Source: Felis catus
Lineage: Eukaryota
Reading direction: 5' to 3'
DNA: 64,000 bases
NCBI RefSeq assembly: GCF_018350175.1
Contig: NC_058368.1
Location: 30,072,001-30,136,000, forward strand
The notes beneath the pieces were generated by a model that saw only the letters and a program-made list of their open reading frames with translations, searched no databases and was not told the origin of the DNA. Positions within the stretch are counted from its first letter, which is position 1. Each line of letters begins with the position of its first letter. Below, in pieces: positions 12,361 to 25,648 of this stretch. Made by a program: the position numbers and the translations under genes.

Positions 12361-14697
12361 CCAAGCAGGAGGGATTAAAAGAAGAGAAATGCAAAGGAAC
12401 TAAAATTTATGCAACACCTGTTACCTGCAAAGCCCTGTGAACTTACTGCTCTTTGATTCTCAGGAATATACCCACAAGGAGGCACTTTTATTTCCATTTT
12501 AAGTCTATAGAAGTTGAGGGTCAAATGGCTTATGAAATTTGACCAAGGTTCCAAATCTAGAATGTGAGAGTCTGGTTTAGTTTCCCTGCCTGTCTGCCTT
12601 CAAAACATGGAACATGGTTTGACGTCCTTCCTCTGCGCCATGACCATGGACTGGCATCACGGAGCTCATAATAGTTACTCTGTTTGTATTGAATGTGCTA
12701 AGACACAAAGTTATAAAAATGCATGGTTTGTTCAGGGTACAATCTCCACTCAGCCTTCTCAAGTTGGAGAGAGTTTGATAGACTAGCAGAAGGGTCTAAG
12801 CCTTGCTTTAACCCTAAATTGCTCTATTAGACCCTGAACAAGAGCAGCTGGAACAAAGACTCTCACAACGAATATTTCAAGCTTTGATGTTTTATTTCTT
12901 TCTATCCAAATAGAGTCTCAAGCCCTGCAGGGAAGGAAGAAAGAGAGGGCAAGTCATGATGGGGGTAATGGGAAGTTTCCTGCTCCAACTTGCTCGGAAC
13001 ATTTTAGCCACCTACTTTACCCAGACGCCCCATGCTGGCAGGTACCAGTAGAGAAACAAAAGAGCGATTTTGGAGTTGTGTGGCCCAGCAGGCCTTCTCT
13101 TTGCCCTACCTGCAGGTGTACCCTGTGGGTGTGTGTTCACATACACGTGCTGTAGTGACGGAGTGGTTAAAATCAGCCAAAAGATTTCTCATCTCTCTCC
13201 CCTGGATTCTGTTTCTCTAGTGCCATGTAAACTTTCCTAACCTTTTTTTTTTAAAGTAGAAAAATAGTCTGGAGATAATGAATATTCATTTAAATGACTT
13301 AGAAATACTTTCAAACAGGTTCAGAGGAAAAGAAAGACAAGTGTTAAGGAAAAGAAAGAAAGCATTAAAAAGCTAGCTCAAAAGCCTTGTGAGTGGATTT
13401 TGGAAAGAGACCTTTGATAGGATTTCTGATAAATTTTACATACATAGAGAGGAGGGAAGGAAGAACTCTCGAAGGTGTTCAGGCTGGTAAATTGTGGCAT
13501 TGGTCACAAATCCTAGAGCAGTGCCACGACTTCCCTGGTTCCTCTTGGGCACATCCCCATTTCACCCCTTCAGAGGCCCCCAGTCAACCAGAGACTGACC
13601 CAAGTCAACAGCGTCCTCAGGAAGCTTTCCCTGTTTCTTTGCGTTTCATCTTAGTGCAAAAGAAAAAAGCCACAGCAATAAGGTTCATGAGGTGGCATGA
13701 AAGTCTTCCTTTTTCTAGCCGCTTCTTCAGTACCTGGGCTTGGCAGCATCTAGCTTTGCTATGGAAGAACAGTCATTGAGATCATTGCATCAAATATTGT
13801 TAGTGATTAAGACTCAATGTGGATGACAGATGGCGGCTCCTAGTTTCTACAGTAGGAGACAGCAGTGCGACAAAGCCCGAAAACAGCTGTAGGGGTAATG
13901 GTTGGTGCAGACAGCAGCAGGATGTTGAGCTTGGTTTTGAATGCCATACTGTGGGGGTGACGGGAACAAATTTGAGCACATTCAGAGGAGAGCAATGAAG
14001 ACCAGGCAGCATCTGGAAATCTAGGGACACTGAGAATGCTTCCTCCAGAAAAACAAGAGCCTGCAGTGGCACATGACTTTGGAGTTAGACTGGTTGTATA
14101 CTGCTCCGGGCAGACAAAGACAGATGGGTGCCAGAAGTGCATTTTATGAAAGAAATAACTTTTCTAACAATGATAAAATGGGCTGCTGTGAGAGGTCATG
14201 AGCTCCCTAAGATCAGAAATGTTCAAGTGTATGCGTTTGGTGACCTTCCAAATCAAGGGTTCTGTGGTTTGATGGTTTCCGAGGGTCTCACAAATGACCT
14301 GTTTACACAAGTGCATGCACAACTGTCAGCTTGTTGATGCGTCTTTCCTTGCCTTGCAGTCTCTTTTCTACCCAATCCATGCTGGCTTCTGTCCCAACCA
14401 CCCCGTGGGGACTGCTTCTGTCAAGTTACCAGTACCTCTCAGTCATCAAAGCCCATTGTCTCTGTCCCTATCTTCTTTCAATTTGGGGGAGCATTTTGCA
14501 CAATGTCAACTCCTACATTCTGGAAACAGATCCTTCTCTTGGCTTTCATGACCTCATCCTCACCCAGCGGCTTCTTCCTACATCACTGATTTCCATCTCA
14601 GTTTCTTGCGAGTTTTTCCACCTCTGCTCAACTTCTAAATGTTGGAATGCTCCAGAACTCCTCTTAGGATTTCCTTCTCCTCTCTATATTAACTCTT

Positions 14698-15133
14698 TGT
14701 GGAGGTTTAAGAACATGGGTATACATTCCTTGACTTTCTTCTGATGCAGAGGTGGAGTCTATGTCTCCTCCTCTAGAATCTGGGTAGTAACTCATTTGTT
14801 ATGTAGCAGAAGAGATGATTCCTGACACCAGAGGCTAGATCAGAAAAGGCCAGGAAGCTTCTACCTGATTCTCTTGGGACATTGGTCTTTGGAATCCTGA
14901 GCTTCCGGGACTGAGGGGGTCACACTGTGGGAAAGCCTAGGCATCTGGAGAGCCCACATGTAGTACTCTAGCCAAAAGCCCAGCTGGGGATCCGGACATT
15001 GGGCAACAGAGACAAGCCTTCTCTGTGGTGCTCTGTCCAAACTCTTGACCCACAGAACCTGAGAGTGGAATAAAATGGTTCCTTTATGCTACTAAGTTTG
15101 GGTGGCTTGCTATACAGCAGGGTAACTAAAACA
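14698..15133 (+). mobile_element. MLT1 solo LTR
   Basis: TG...CA ends; gaggtggagtctatgtctcctcctctagaatctggg; 3' end aataaaatggtt...ctaagtttgggtggcttgctatacagca...aaaaca. Confidence 0.8.
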
Positions 15134-15603
15134 CTTCCTAAAAGGTTTCATTTTATAGCATGACTTGAAAAATCAACTATAAATGACTTCAAAATCCACT
15201 TTCCAGCCCTGATCTCTTCCCAGAACTCCAGACTCTTTAATCTAATTATTTAAGTATCTATCTGATCTCTCCACTTAGTTTTCAGTAAGCATTATCTCAA
15301 ACTCCATATAACTAAGACATAAAGCTTGACATTAACCCTTGACCTTTCTTTTTCTTCCACTTTTGCCTACACCTAGTTTTTCAAGCAAAAACTCCTTTAG
15401 TCTTGCTTCCCCATTTTGCCCTCAAGATGACATCTTATACAATAGCAAGTCTCCACAGTGTCCCTGGGATCTGTCCCTTTCCCTCCATCTCATCTACCTC
15501 TGTCCTAATCCAAGTTAACATTTTCTCACCTACTGCAATATCTGCTTGACCATTTTCCTGTGTCCATTCTTATCCTCTTAAAATCCATTTTTAACATGAA
15601 GTC

Positions 15604-15910
15604 TGTATTAGTTAGCTATTACTATGTAATAAATTACCCCCCAAACTTAGTGGCTTAAGACAACAACATTTAATACCTCACAGTTTCTATGGGTTAGGAT
15701 CTGGGCAGTGTAGCTGGGCCCTCTGGCAATTGGTCTTGGGCTCAATTGGGAAGCATCTGCCTCCTAGTGCCCTCATGTGGTCGTGACAAAAATCCACTTC
15801 CTGGGAGCTGTGAGACTAAGGGCCGCACTTCCTCTAGGATTGTTGGCCAGAGGCATCCCTAATTTCCTTGCCACATGGCAGCTGGCTTTATCAGGGAAAG
15901 GGAGAGGGCA

Positions 15911-15947
<37 letters not shown>

Positions 15948-16137
15948 CCTAGCTAGTCAGAGGCTTTTGAAACCTAATCATGGAAGCGACATCCCATCAC
16001 TTTTAGCATGTTCTGTTAGATAGGAGCAGCAAGTCAGTAAGTCCAGCCCACATTCAAGGGAAGGGGATTTACTCAGGGCACGAAAACCAGGAGCTGGGGT
16101 TGTTGGGAGCCATGTCAGAATCTGACTGCCTGCTACA
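15604..16137 (-). mobile_element. MLT1 solo LTR
   Basis: tgtattagttagctattactatgtaataaattacccc..aaacttagtggcttaagacaacaacatt...ccagcccacattcaagggaagggg. Confidence 0.85.
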
Positions 16138-16209
16138 TTGCCCCAGTGTGATCTTTTAAAATCATCAATCGCATCATGGTACGCCCCTTCTTAAAAACCT
16201 CCGGTGGCA

Positions 16210-16449
16210 GATATATGCCATCATACGTTTGTCTAAACTCACAGAATGTGCGGTACCAAGAGCAAAGCCTAACATAAACAGTGGACTTTGGGTGGTTATG
16301 ATGTGTCAGTATAGGTTCATCACTTGTAACAATGCACCGCTCTGGTGGGGAGGTTGATAATGGGGCCGGGGCATGTGAGAAATATCTGTATATGCTTCTT
16401 AATTATTCTATCAACCAAAACTGCTCTAAAAATTAAATATATTTAAAAA
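16210..16449 (+). mobile_element. L1MC1/2-like 3' end
   Basis: catcatacgtttgtctaaactcacagaatgtg...ggactttgggtggttatgatgtgtcagtataggttcatc..ttgtaacaa...aaaactgctctaaaaa. Confidence 0.8.
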
Positions 16450-17439
16450 GCTATCCCCTATTGCACTTTGGAATGAATTCCCAATTTCCTATTGCTTTAC
16501 AGAGCCCTACATGTCCAGCCTCCACCTCCTTTTCTCGCTTCTTATTTCACTACGCTTTCTTTCACCCATTTCACTCCAGCCGCCCCATCTTTCTGTTCCT
16601 TGAATTCTCCAAGTATGCTCCTTCCTTGGGCCTTTGCATTAGGTGTTCTTCCCTTTGGACCACCTTCCCCACGGTGTGTATTGGGGTGGCTGGTTCTTTT
16701 CATGCAGATCTCAGCTTCCTTGTTACCTCCTCAGAGAGGCCTCCCTGACCACCCAGGGACTCTCTCCTCTCTTGCACGTCCCCCTTTTTGCTTCTCTGCA
16801 CTGCTCTGCAGTATTGATTATTCTTGTGTGTGTGTATGTTGACTTATTTGTCTGTCTCTCTCCCCCCTTCCCTCCTGCAAATGGAATGTGGGCCCCATGA
16901 GAGCAGGGACTGTTTCTGTCTCAGCTTCCATTGCTTTCTCCATCCTCAGATCTGCATCTGGATCCTGGCTGGCTCCTGGGCTGGGCAGGCTCTCTGGGAG
17001 CATTTGATCCTGCCGGCTGTGTCCACGGGCACCATCTATCGTCCCCTCATATGGGTGGCCCAAGTAACATCTCCGCTCTATTTAGCTTTTATATTTATAC
17101 TTAGCTCTTATATTAGATTTTCTATTTATACTTATTATCTTTGTGGGGATTCAACTTTGAATAAATTCCTTGTCAGAAGTCCAGATACCACATGGAAATT
17201 GCTTCAGCAGTTCAACCAATGAACAGATTGGATTTAATATACTGACCAGTTCCAGCTTTGGTTCATTCACTCTACATGTTCAACAATATCAATCTCTGTT
17301 AAGAGGATTACCAGAGATTTTCCAATATACAGTTTCCATGACTAAGGTTGTCAGAATAGCTAATAGTTATAGGATACGTCTATGGTGGCAGATACTGTGT
17401 CAACTGCTTTATAGGTTTCAACTTATTTAATCAATCAAC

Positions 17440-17575
17440 ATTCCCATCCTACAGATGGGGAAAATGAGGCACAGAGAGGCTAAGTAAGTTGCCCAGGGTC
17501 ACACAGGTAATAAGTGGCGAAGATGGAATTTAACCTCACAGTCTGACTTTAGAGTCCTTGTTCTTAACTAGTGCA
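17440..17575 (-). mobile_element. MIR core
   Basis: cccatcctacagatggggaaaatgaggcacagagaggctaagtaagttgcccagggtcacacag. Confidence 0.85.
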
Positions 17576-17776
17576 TGTTCTTGCCCACTCACAGTAGGCA
17601 AACTTCTGCAAAAGCCCTCCATCACGACTTAGCACAGGTATAGACCGGTTCCCAGACCCGTGCAATCCCCACTAGGTATTTTTTTCAAAACTGTGCAGAG
17701 CTTCGAGTCTCTTGATTTGTTTACTGTCTTCATTGACTGTATTCCTACCATTTTAGGGACTCTGTTTCAACTATCT

Positions 17777-17778
<2 letters not shown>

Positions 17779-17824
<46 letters not shown>
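17779..17824. repeat. (GA)n microsatellite
   Basis: Seen directly. Confidence 0.95.
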
Positions 17825-17827
<3 letters not shown>

Positions 17828-17962
17828 GTCAAAACACAAGCAGAGACATCCTCCCAAGTGCCGTTGAAGCCATCGGTGCCACCCAGGGCACAGACTGTCT
17901 CTCGATATCCCTCAGATGCACCCTGGCCCGTAGTCGCGGGAGGGCTTTCAGAAATTTGTCTG

Positions 17963-18185
17963 GGGGCGCCTGGGTGGCTCAGTCAGTTGAGCGTCCGACT
18001 TCAGCTCAGGTCACGATCTTGCGGTCCGTGAGTTCGAGCCCCGCGTCGGGCTCTGGTCTGATGGCTCAGAGCCTGGAGCCTGCTTCTGATTCTGTGTCTC
18101 CCTCTCTCTCTGCCCCTGCCCCGTTCATGCTCTGTCTCTCTCTGTCTCAAAAATAAATAAAGCGTTAAAAAAAAAATTAAAAAAA
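17963..18185 (+). mobile_element. Young felid CAN-SINE (SINEC_Fc-like)
   Basis: Full length, CpGs retained; perfect TSD aaatttgtctg (17952-17962 / 18186-18196). Confidence 0.97.
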
Positions 18186-19101
18186 AAATTTGTCTGGTGT
18201 TTTGGCAGGAAGAGAACAGCTGTTAGCTTGGTTATCACCTGAAAAATACTCCCTTGCTCTAAAGATGTTATGGGCTCAGTGACGCTCCCTGTGTGCCACC
18301 ACTGAGCACTCTCCTTTGCTGTCACAGCGCAGGGTTTCCTGTGGAATTGCCTCATTCTTTGTGCATGTGGAGCTATAGCAACACCCGTGGGGGCCCCCTA
18401 CCTGAACTTGCTTCCCTGCAAATTTCTCTCCGCACACATTTGGAAATTTAGCTAGTCATTTTCCAGCAAAGCGATTCCTCCTGCCCTGATGATAACGACC
18501 AAACGGCGGACAACAGGGACAGCCCCTGTGGCCAAGTACAGAGATGGAATAAACAGCACCCAGCTTCTTATTCCTTCCCTTCTGAGAAGGAATAGTGATG
18601 TCTTGCAAGTCAGGAGGAAGACAAGTGTCCAAATAAAAATGATTTATTGAACACTATTCAGGGTCCCTCTGGGAGGACTGTCACTGGTGGGGTTTCCGCA
18701 GGGAGCCAGCTGCAGGCTGTGCGTGCAGAGGGCCTGAGCGTGGGCTCCATTTTCTCTGGTACACGCCGTCTCTGGGTGGGAAGAATGCTATTTTTTTGTT
18801 TAAGCTGAACACTCACCTGAACAAATAGCAGATGTTGATGAATATTAATTTGTGCTTAGATTAATGCTTCAAAGTGTCAATTTAATTTCTGTTTTACTCT
18901 TCAGCCCCTGATTGTAATGAGCTACTTCAGGATGTGGGGAGCGTACACCTGGGTGGGGGTGGGGCTGGAGGTCTCCTGGGAGCCTGGCCAGGTCCTCGGG
19001 CTTTTATCTCTCTGCAGTGGGACAATTCCAGAGGGGTCCGGGTGGCCCTTAGAAGTCACCCAGCAGCTCACTGGCCCAGTGGAGAGCTGGCAACTCCTCA
19101 A

Positions 19102-19103
<2 letters not shown>

Positions 19104-19143
<40 letters not shown>
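19104..19143. repeat. (CA)n microsatellite
   Basis: Seen directly. Confidence 0.95.
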
Positions 19144-19145
<2 letters not shown>

Positions 19146-20114
19146 CAGACAGCCATTTGACTTTGAGGAGAGGCGGGGTTGCTGAGTGCCTGCCCAAGCT
19201 GGGCTCTGAGCTGAGTGGACAGGCTGCTGGGTGATGCCATCATGAAGTCCTTTGATGCTACCCCAGGCCATCTCTGTCACTGGATTTGCAGGTTCCTGAG
19301 AAATTTCATTCTAATCGATATCCTTATAGGTCCACATGGGGAGGGGAAGAGGACCTGCTTTGGGGGTCAGGCATATCAGGGTATAAATTCCAGCCCTGAA
19401 TTTCATCAGCTTAGGCCCATTTCTTAATCTGTCTGGGCCTGTTTCACTGCTTGTGAAACGGAGCCGTCAAGAGACAAAACGAGGTGCCTGTGTCCACGCT
19501 TAGCAAGGGCCTGGCACCAACTTCCCTTCCCCCCTTCCCTCCAGAGGGGTAAACCCATTCCCAAATACCATACAAATTGAACTTCTTACTGAGTTTTCAA
19601 AATTCTGTCTGTTATAAATGTTTCTCTGTGTTGCCTGATTTCCTAATTCTCCCTGTGCCTCATTAGTAACTTGGTAAGTAAGCATGACAAAGGTTTCTAG
19701 TTTGAGTTTTCTGCCAGAATAATGTGAATGCTACGATTTTTACAAAGGACACAAATGGCACCGTATTCTACATTCCTCTTGTTTCTCGTTCATCTATGTT
19801 GCTGTTTCTTTGTCAGTTGGACAAATAGAATGGCTTCTTCCCTCGTAGGAATCACCTTCTGTGGCCCCAGCCTCTGGCCTGCCTGGGACTTGCCTTCACC
19901 ACTTCACCTTCTCCCTCCAACCTTGCCGGCTGTCATCCCACAGACACACAGGTTGATGGCATGTTGTCTCTTGAACCGCAGTCAAGAGAATCCTGGGTAG
20001 TGGCGATGTGCAGAATTGCAAGGCCAAGTTGTCCTGCCGTTGAAACTGTTGATGGCAGGTTTGGGCACACAGTGTGGGTGCCTACCTCCCTCTTGATATT
20101 TTTCCGCACTTAGA

Positions 20115-20675
20115 TGTTATATTAGTTTCCTAAGGCTGCCTTAACAAAATACCAAGACTGGGTGGCTTAAAATAACAAATCGGTTATTTCATAGTTCTGA
20201 AGCTAGCAGTGCAAAACCAAGAGGTTGGCAAGGCCATACTCCTTCTGAAGTGTGTGTGTGTGGGGGGGAAGAAACCACTCTGGCCTCATCTAGCCTCTGG
20301 TGGGGGCCGTCCATCCTTGGTGTTTCTTGGCTTGTGGCAGCATAACCGTGGTCTCTGCCTCTGTCTTCACAGGGCATTCTCCTGTGTCTTCCCATCATCC
20401 TGTCTCTGTGCATGTCCAATTTTCCTGCCTCCAAATGTGGACACGGTCCCCTGTCTGTGTCCAAATTTCCCCTTTTTATAAGGACACGAGTCAGATTGGA
20501 TGGGGTTCCACCTTAACAACCTCATCTGGAATTGGCTAAATCTATAAAGACCCTATTTCTACATAAGGTCACATTCTGAGGTCCTGGGCTCAGGACTTCA
20601 GCATATCTTTTTTTGTGTTTTTTTTTTTTTTTCTTTTGCAGGAGGGCGGGGGAGAAACACAATTCAACCATAACA
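20115..20675 (-). mobile_element. MLT1B/C-like solo LTR
   Basis: attagtttcctaaggctgccttaacaaaatacc..gactgggtggcttaaaataacaaa...aaagaccctatttctacataaggtcacattctgagg...cacaattcaaccataaca. Confidence 0.9.
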
Positions 20676-22279
20676 TACATAAATTACTTCTTTTCTTTTT
20701 TCTTCCTTGGGGAGCTGGTCAACCCTTCAGGTTTTACCTCTGTTTCAACCCCAATCAGCAAAACTCTTCACAATCTGGCCATTATTCATTTGTCCAGTTG
20801 CTAAAAAAGTCTCTATTAGGCACTTACAGTATGCTTGGTCTGGAACTTCTGTATCATCTCATTGAATTTTCAAACATCCTAAAAAGGTATCATTGTTCCC
20901 ATTTTACAAAGGAGAAAACAAACACGCAAATATATTCAGACACTTGCCTGTGTCCTCACAGTCCCTGTCAGAGCTCAGTGTGTGAGCTGAGGGCTTCTGA
21001 CTTCCAGTCTATTAGGTCAGAACTGTATTGACATGGCAGCCATCTTTACTTTTCTATTCAACTGTATGTCTCTACCCTTGACCGCAAGAAATCCTGCCTG
21101 CCCTTAATCTCATCTCTTCCTCAACACTGTCTGGTCACTCTCTGTCTTTGTCTGGCTATTTTGGTGACATTGGCCCCTGCCTCCCAATCAGATCTGCGAC
21201 ACTGGCTCCTACTGGCTACTTCTCCCTTGCCCTTGTGTTCTATTCCCTTCCAAGGACTTTTCGCTTCCCTGCCTTTCTCCCTTCTGTCTCACTTGCTTTG
21301 TTCTCTTGATTCTTTAAACATGCCACTCTCCCCTGACTCCTGGAGTCATTCATCTGCGTGAATTTAGCGGCAGTCTCTAGCCTTCACATTTATATATTAC
21401 GGACAGCAATGTACTTCTTACCATTTGACCTCCTTTTTTTTTTTTTTTTTAAAGCAACACTCATAGCTTCTGATGTATTTTAAACAGCCTTAAGACACCA
21501 CTTTATACTGGCACACAGCCCAGTTCCTTACCTCTGCCGCTTCTTCCAAACATGACATTGGTCCCCTGGTGGATATTAGCTGTTCTTTCCCAAGCACTGA
21601 GAGGTGGCCTCTTGCTAATGTTATTGTTCAGTGCTTTTTTTTTTTAACACAACGTAAAGCGTCTAGGTGTCTGACTGCAGCCACCTGAGCTCATTTTAAA
21701 GATCACCTGGCAGGTAGGTCTGCCTGTTAGAATAGCTACCCAAAACTACCTTAGGATGAGGAGAGGCTCGCATTTTTAAAAAACCTCTAGAAAAGGAGAT
21801 GTAGTTACTCCCTTGATAACATTAAAAAAAACAAAAACAAAAACAAAAATTCCCAACCTCAGATCTCCTTATTTTCTTCTGTCTGTATTGTACATGCTCA
21901 TGTCCTGAGTGATCTTGTCTTCCTTATAACTTTTTAGGTACTATTTACATGCAAAAATGTCAAATCTAATTCTCTCAGTGCCATCCCCAAACTCTGTATT
22001 TTTAGCTCTCTGCTACCCACCTGGATGTCCTGCGGGCACCTTGCACGTAACTGTCCTCCACCCTGGTTACATGTCCCCTTCCACTTCTCGTCTGTATTCG
22101 ATGAGGCTGGTGTCCACCCCCCATATCCCAAGCTCATTACTATCATTCCTGATTCTGTGTCCAATCAGTTAGAAAAACCCTGCCATCCCAGCTCACACAT
22201 ATCTATATACCTGTCTGTTGATCCTTGTTCTCAACATGGCTCACCAAACTTGAGCCCCATTGGCTGCTCTTTCTCTCCA

Positions 22280-22805
22280 ACCCAAAGAGGCTTCTCTGGA
22301 GAAAGTAAACTTGACCACATGGTTGTCTTGGTTTTGATATTGCCCCTGGCTTCCTAATGCCGAGGGCAAATAGCTAAACTCCCTAGGTTGTTATTTGAGG
22401 CTCTCACAAATCTGACCGTGACTGACTTCTTATTCCTCAAATTCGGTCCCTCCAACGTCTCCCCACCCCAAGCATACCAATCTTCTGCCAGATGGGGCTT
22501 CTCATACCCTTTCATGGCTTTGTGCTTCTGCATGTGATGCCTCCTCTCTTGGGGATAGCCTTTCTCCCCTTCTCTAACTGACAAATGACTTCTCACCTTA
22601 GGCTGACAGGAATCCCCCCAGGTAGAATTACTGGCTCTCTCTACTTGCTTCATGGCATTTTGTTCATAGGTATGTGGTCCTACTCTAAGCTTTATAATTA
22701 TTTCTGTGTTCCCATCTGCCTCCTCTACTGGGCCCTAAACTCGCCAGCACCTAGTACAGTGCCAGGCATTCCATGAGAAAACACGAATGTTTTTGAATGA
22801 TTGAA
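22280..22805 (-). mobile_element. L2 3' remnant
   Basis: Ends ccagcacctagtacagtgccaggcat...aatgtttttgaatgattgaa (L2 terminus). Confidence 0.6.
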
Positions 22806-22884
22806 AGCATCACAGTCTCTAATTCAACTCCACATCTCTTTATCCCTTTCCCTTCATTCTTCTTTTCTTTTTTTTTTCCTCCAT

Positions 22885-23340
22885 AGAGAAGGATATGATT
22901 ATCATAACCCAAAACCCACATTGAGTAAGCTATGAACAAATATATAAATAAACAAAGAAACGTGCTGGAGTCAAAAGAAGAAGAAGAAGAAGAAGAAGAA
23001 GAAGAAGAAGAAGAAGAAGAAGAAGAAGAAAAGAAGAAGAAGAAGAAGAAGAAGAAGAAGAAGAAGAAGAAGAAGAAGAAGAAAAAGAGAAGGATCTGAT
23101 TATCATAACCCAAAACCCACATTGAGTAAGCTATGAACAAATATATAAATAAACAAAGAAATGTGCTGGAGTCAGAAGAAGAAGAAGAAGAAGAAGAAGA
23201 AGAAGAAGAAGAAGAAGAAGAAGAAGGGAAAGAAGAAGAAGAAGGAGGACGTGGAGGAGGAGGAAGAGAAGGAGGAGGAGGAGGAGGAGGAGGGAGAGAA
23301 GAAGGAGACAAAGGAGAAGAAGGAGAAGGAGAAGAAGGCG
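22885..23340 (+). repeat. Tandem duplication of an 89-bp unique unit, each copy followed by (GAA)n, then a degenerate GAG/GAA tract
   Basis: Copies 22885-22973 and 23086-23174 match at 87/89; period 201 bp. Confidence 0.95.
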
Positions 23341-25627
23341 GCCATAGGATAAAGTCAAGGGTAGGGTGAGTACATCATCTCTGCCTGCCTGGCTCAGTGC
23401 AGGTGCTAGAGGCTGGCTGCAGGACTTCCTGGGCTCCCCGGCAGCCCCCAACAAAGAGCACAAGGTTGGTTTATTTGATTATTGGTATCCACATAAAAAC
23501 ATATGGCTCTGGGGGCGAACAGGAACTCTAAGTCTTAAGACCCAAGAGAAAAAAATCTCAGAAAGGCACCACATAACTGGACAACACCACCACCCTCTCT
23601 GTCTGATAACATAGCCAGCACATGGCAGGATAATTCCTGGCTGAGCTATGGGAGGGAAGTGTAATATTTGCCCAGTGCCCACATTAATGAGTTTTAATTA
23701 GAAAAGGTAAGCATATTTCCCCTTAGTCTGTGTCTGATGAACAGGAACAAGGAAAAGAGTTGAGAGGGGAGGGTCCCATCCTCTGACTAAAAGTCCTGAC
23801 AGCTCCACTCACTAACTCGCTCGCTCATTCGTTGTTTCACTCATTGGGCAATATTCTTAATTGAATGCCTATTTCATATCAGGCTTTATGGAGGGTTTTC
23901 CCTCCACCTCCTACTGTGCAGTCTGTCCCATCCTGAGTTTGGCTGGGAGGTATGCTACCATCTATCAGCTCTTTCAATCAGAGGCCAGAGGATGCATCTG
24001 CTTAAATTGCTTCATACAGGATTCAGCACTGGAACTGGAGGTTTTTCCGTGGCAGCTAATGGTTGTCATAGGGAGGAACAAAAAAGGGCTGTTGGACATG
24101 CTTCTTTTTAAGCGTCCAGGGAACATTTTCTGGCTCGGGAAAGATTGCTTTCACAGAGCAATTTTAGCCATTATCAACTGAGAATAAAACCTACTTTACG
24201 AAATTAAATTAGCCAGTCTTCCCTCCCAGATTCATTTTTCCTCCTTTAGCGTGGTGAAACCCATCTCTATTTAGCAGGCCAAGTAACCTCTCCTACCTCG
24301 TCGTTCAAATCATTTAGTAAAATAAAAAGGCTTTAAAAAAGGAGGTTGCAAATATAAACACGAGTGCAATTAAGATCTCAACTCCATTACATTAATATAA
24401 CTACTTCGCATGGAGTTCATTATGATGCACATCAGGGTTTTAATGTTTTCTCCCGTTTAGTGCCATCCTTAGTTAGAAGGAAACATCGTGCTATAGAAAA
24501 CAATCGTCTCTTGGGCTGGAAAATGGTTTGCAGAGGATTCCTTTGTGATTAATTAAGCTCACACACGATAAAGTAGAAAGAACCAAATAGTTGTTCTTCA
24601 AATTGACAGCATATTTGGTGAACAAAAAAGATTTATAACACTAAATTTAAATTTTCCTGATGTAATAATATATTATGGAAATTACTCGTCTTTTTTTCTC
24701 TCCCTTTTTGCTGGAAACATGGTGAACCCTTAGGTTTTTTTTTCCTCCCTGTGCACATAGGGACACAATAAGAATGAGGGGAAGAGAAGAAAAGGAGACC
24801 CAATGAGCAAGCACAGGCATGATAATATGGATATATGCCTTTATTTCCCCCTCCTTACCCTCAAATTATTTCCCACAAACATTTTACCCCACAATTCTTT
24901 GGAGTCCGCCCTGAATGCATGCCGCCCTCTCCCTGGATAACTTCGCTCCTTCCTGGATATCACTCTTCAAATCGAAAAGCAGCTAGCTCCCTTTTCCTTT
25001 CAGTTCATCTGCTGGCCCAACCCTGTGCTCTGCTCCACTCAGCGGGTCCTTGAGGAAACAACCACTGCCAGCCCTTAGCATCTGAGCCACGCCTCATCAG
25101 TGGCATTAGAAACCTGCAACTAGCAAGTCTGCAAAGAGAATGACGAGTTCTGCTTTGAAAAATGTTTCCGCTCAGTCTCTCCTTTATTTCATCTCCGCTC
25201 TGTGTTTTCTTTCCCCTCCTTGTGTCTGCATCTCTGTGTGTGTCTGTCCCTCTTCAGTTTGCTCCGTCCATTTCCTTTCCCCGACCCTCCCCTCTTCCTG
25301 GCCTCCTCCTCTGCCGGGCTTTCTCTCTGCCTGCCCCCGCTCTTAAATTCTGAGTCTCCAGGTTGCAATCAAAATCCTTGACGCCAAATTAGGAGTGATG
25401 GCTCATGTCTCTGGAGAGCATCTTCTATTAACTGGCAAGACTCAGGAACTGCTATTAATGAATAAAGGCAGCTCCCCAGGGTCGGCCTGGGGTACTCAGG
25501 CAGCACACTCGAATACTTTCCGCTGTTGAGAAACTCAGTGGGGCCTCCAGCAGTGATTTCTTGTCTGCCGGAATGACGCTTCCAAGGTTGCAGCAGGATC
25601 GGCGTGATACTTAAAAAGTCACCTCTT

Positions 25628-25648
25628 GGCGCTGTCCTTTGTGCTGTT
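25628..25648 (-). promoter_or_regulatory. Candidate RE1/NRSE (REST site)
   Basis: AACAGCACAAAGGACAGCGCC vs consensus TTCAGCACCnnGGACAGCGCC; perfect right half and canonical spacing. Confidence 0.4.

Larger units (their letters stand above)
14340..16950 (-). mobile_element. Fragmented L2 interrupted by two MLT1 LTRs and an L1MC 3' end (opposite orientation to the L2 at 8735)
   Basis: Pyrimidine-rich L2-like segments at 14340-14697, 15134-15603, 16138-16210 and 16450-16950 that resume across the inserts. Confidence 0.65.

Noticed and set aside
17963..18045. tRNA-like A/B boxes
   Set aside because: SINE head, not a tRNA gene
22751..23463. Poly-S/F/L/E/K ORFs up to 186 aa
   Set aside because: Translations of the GAA/GAG repeat
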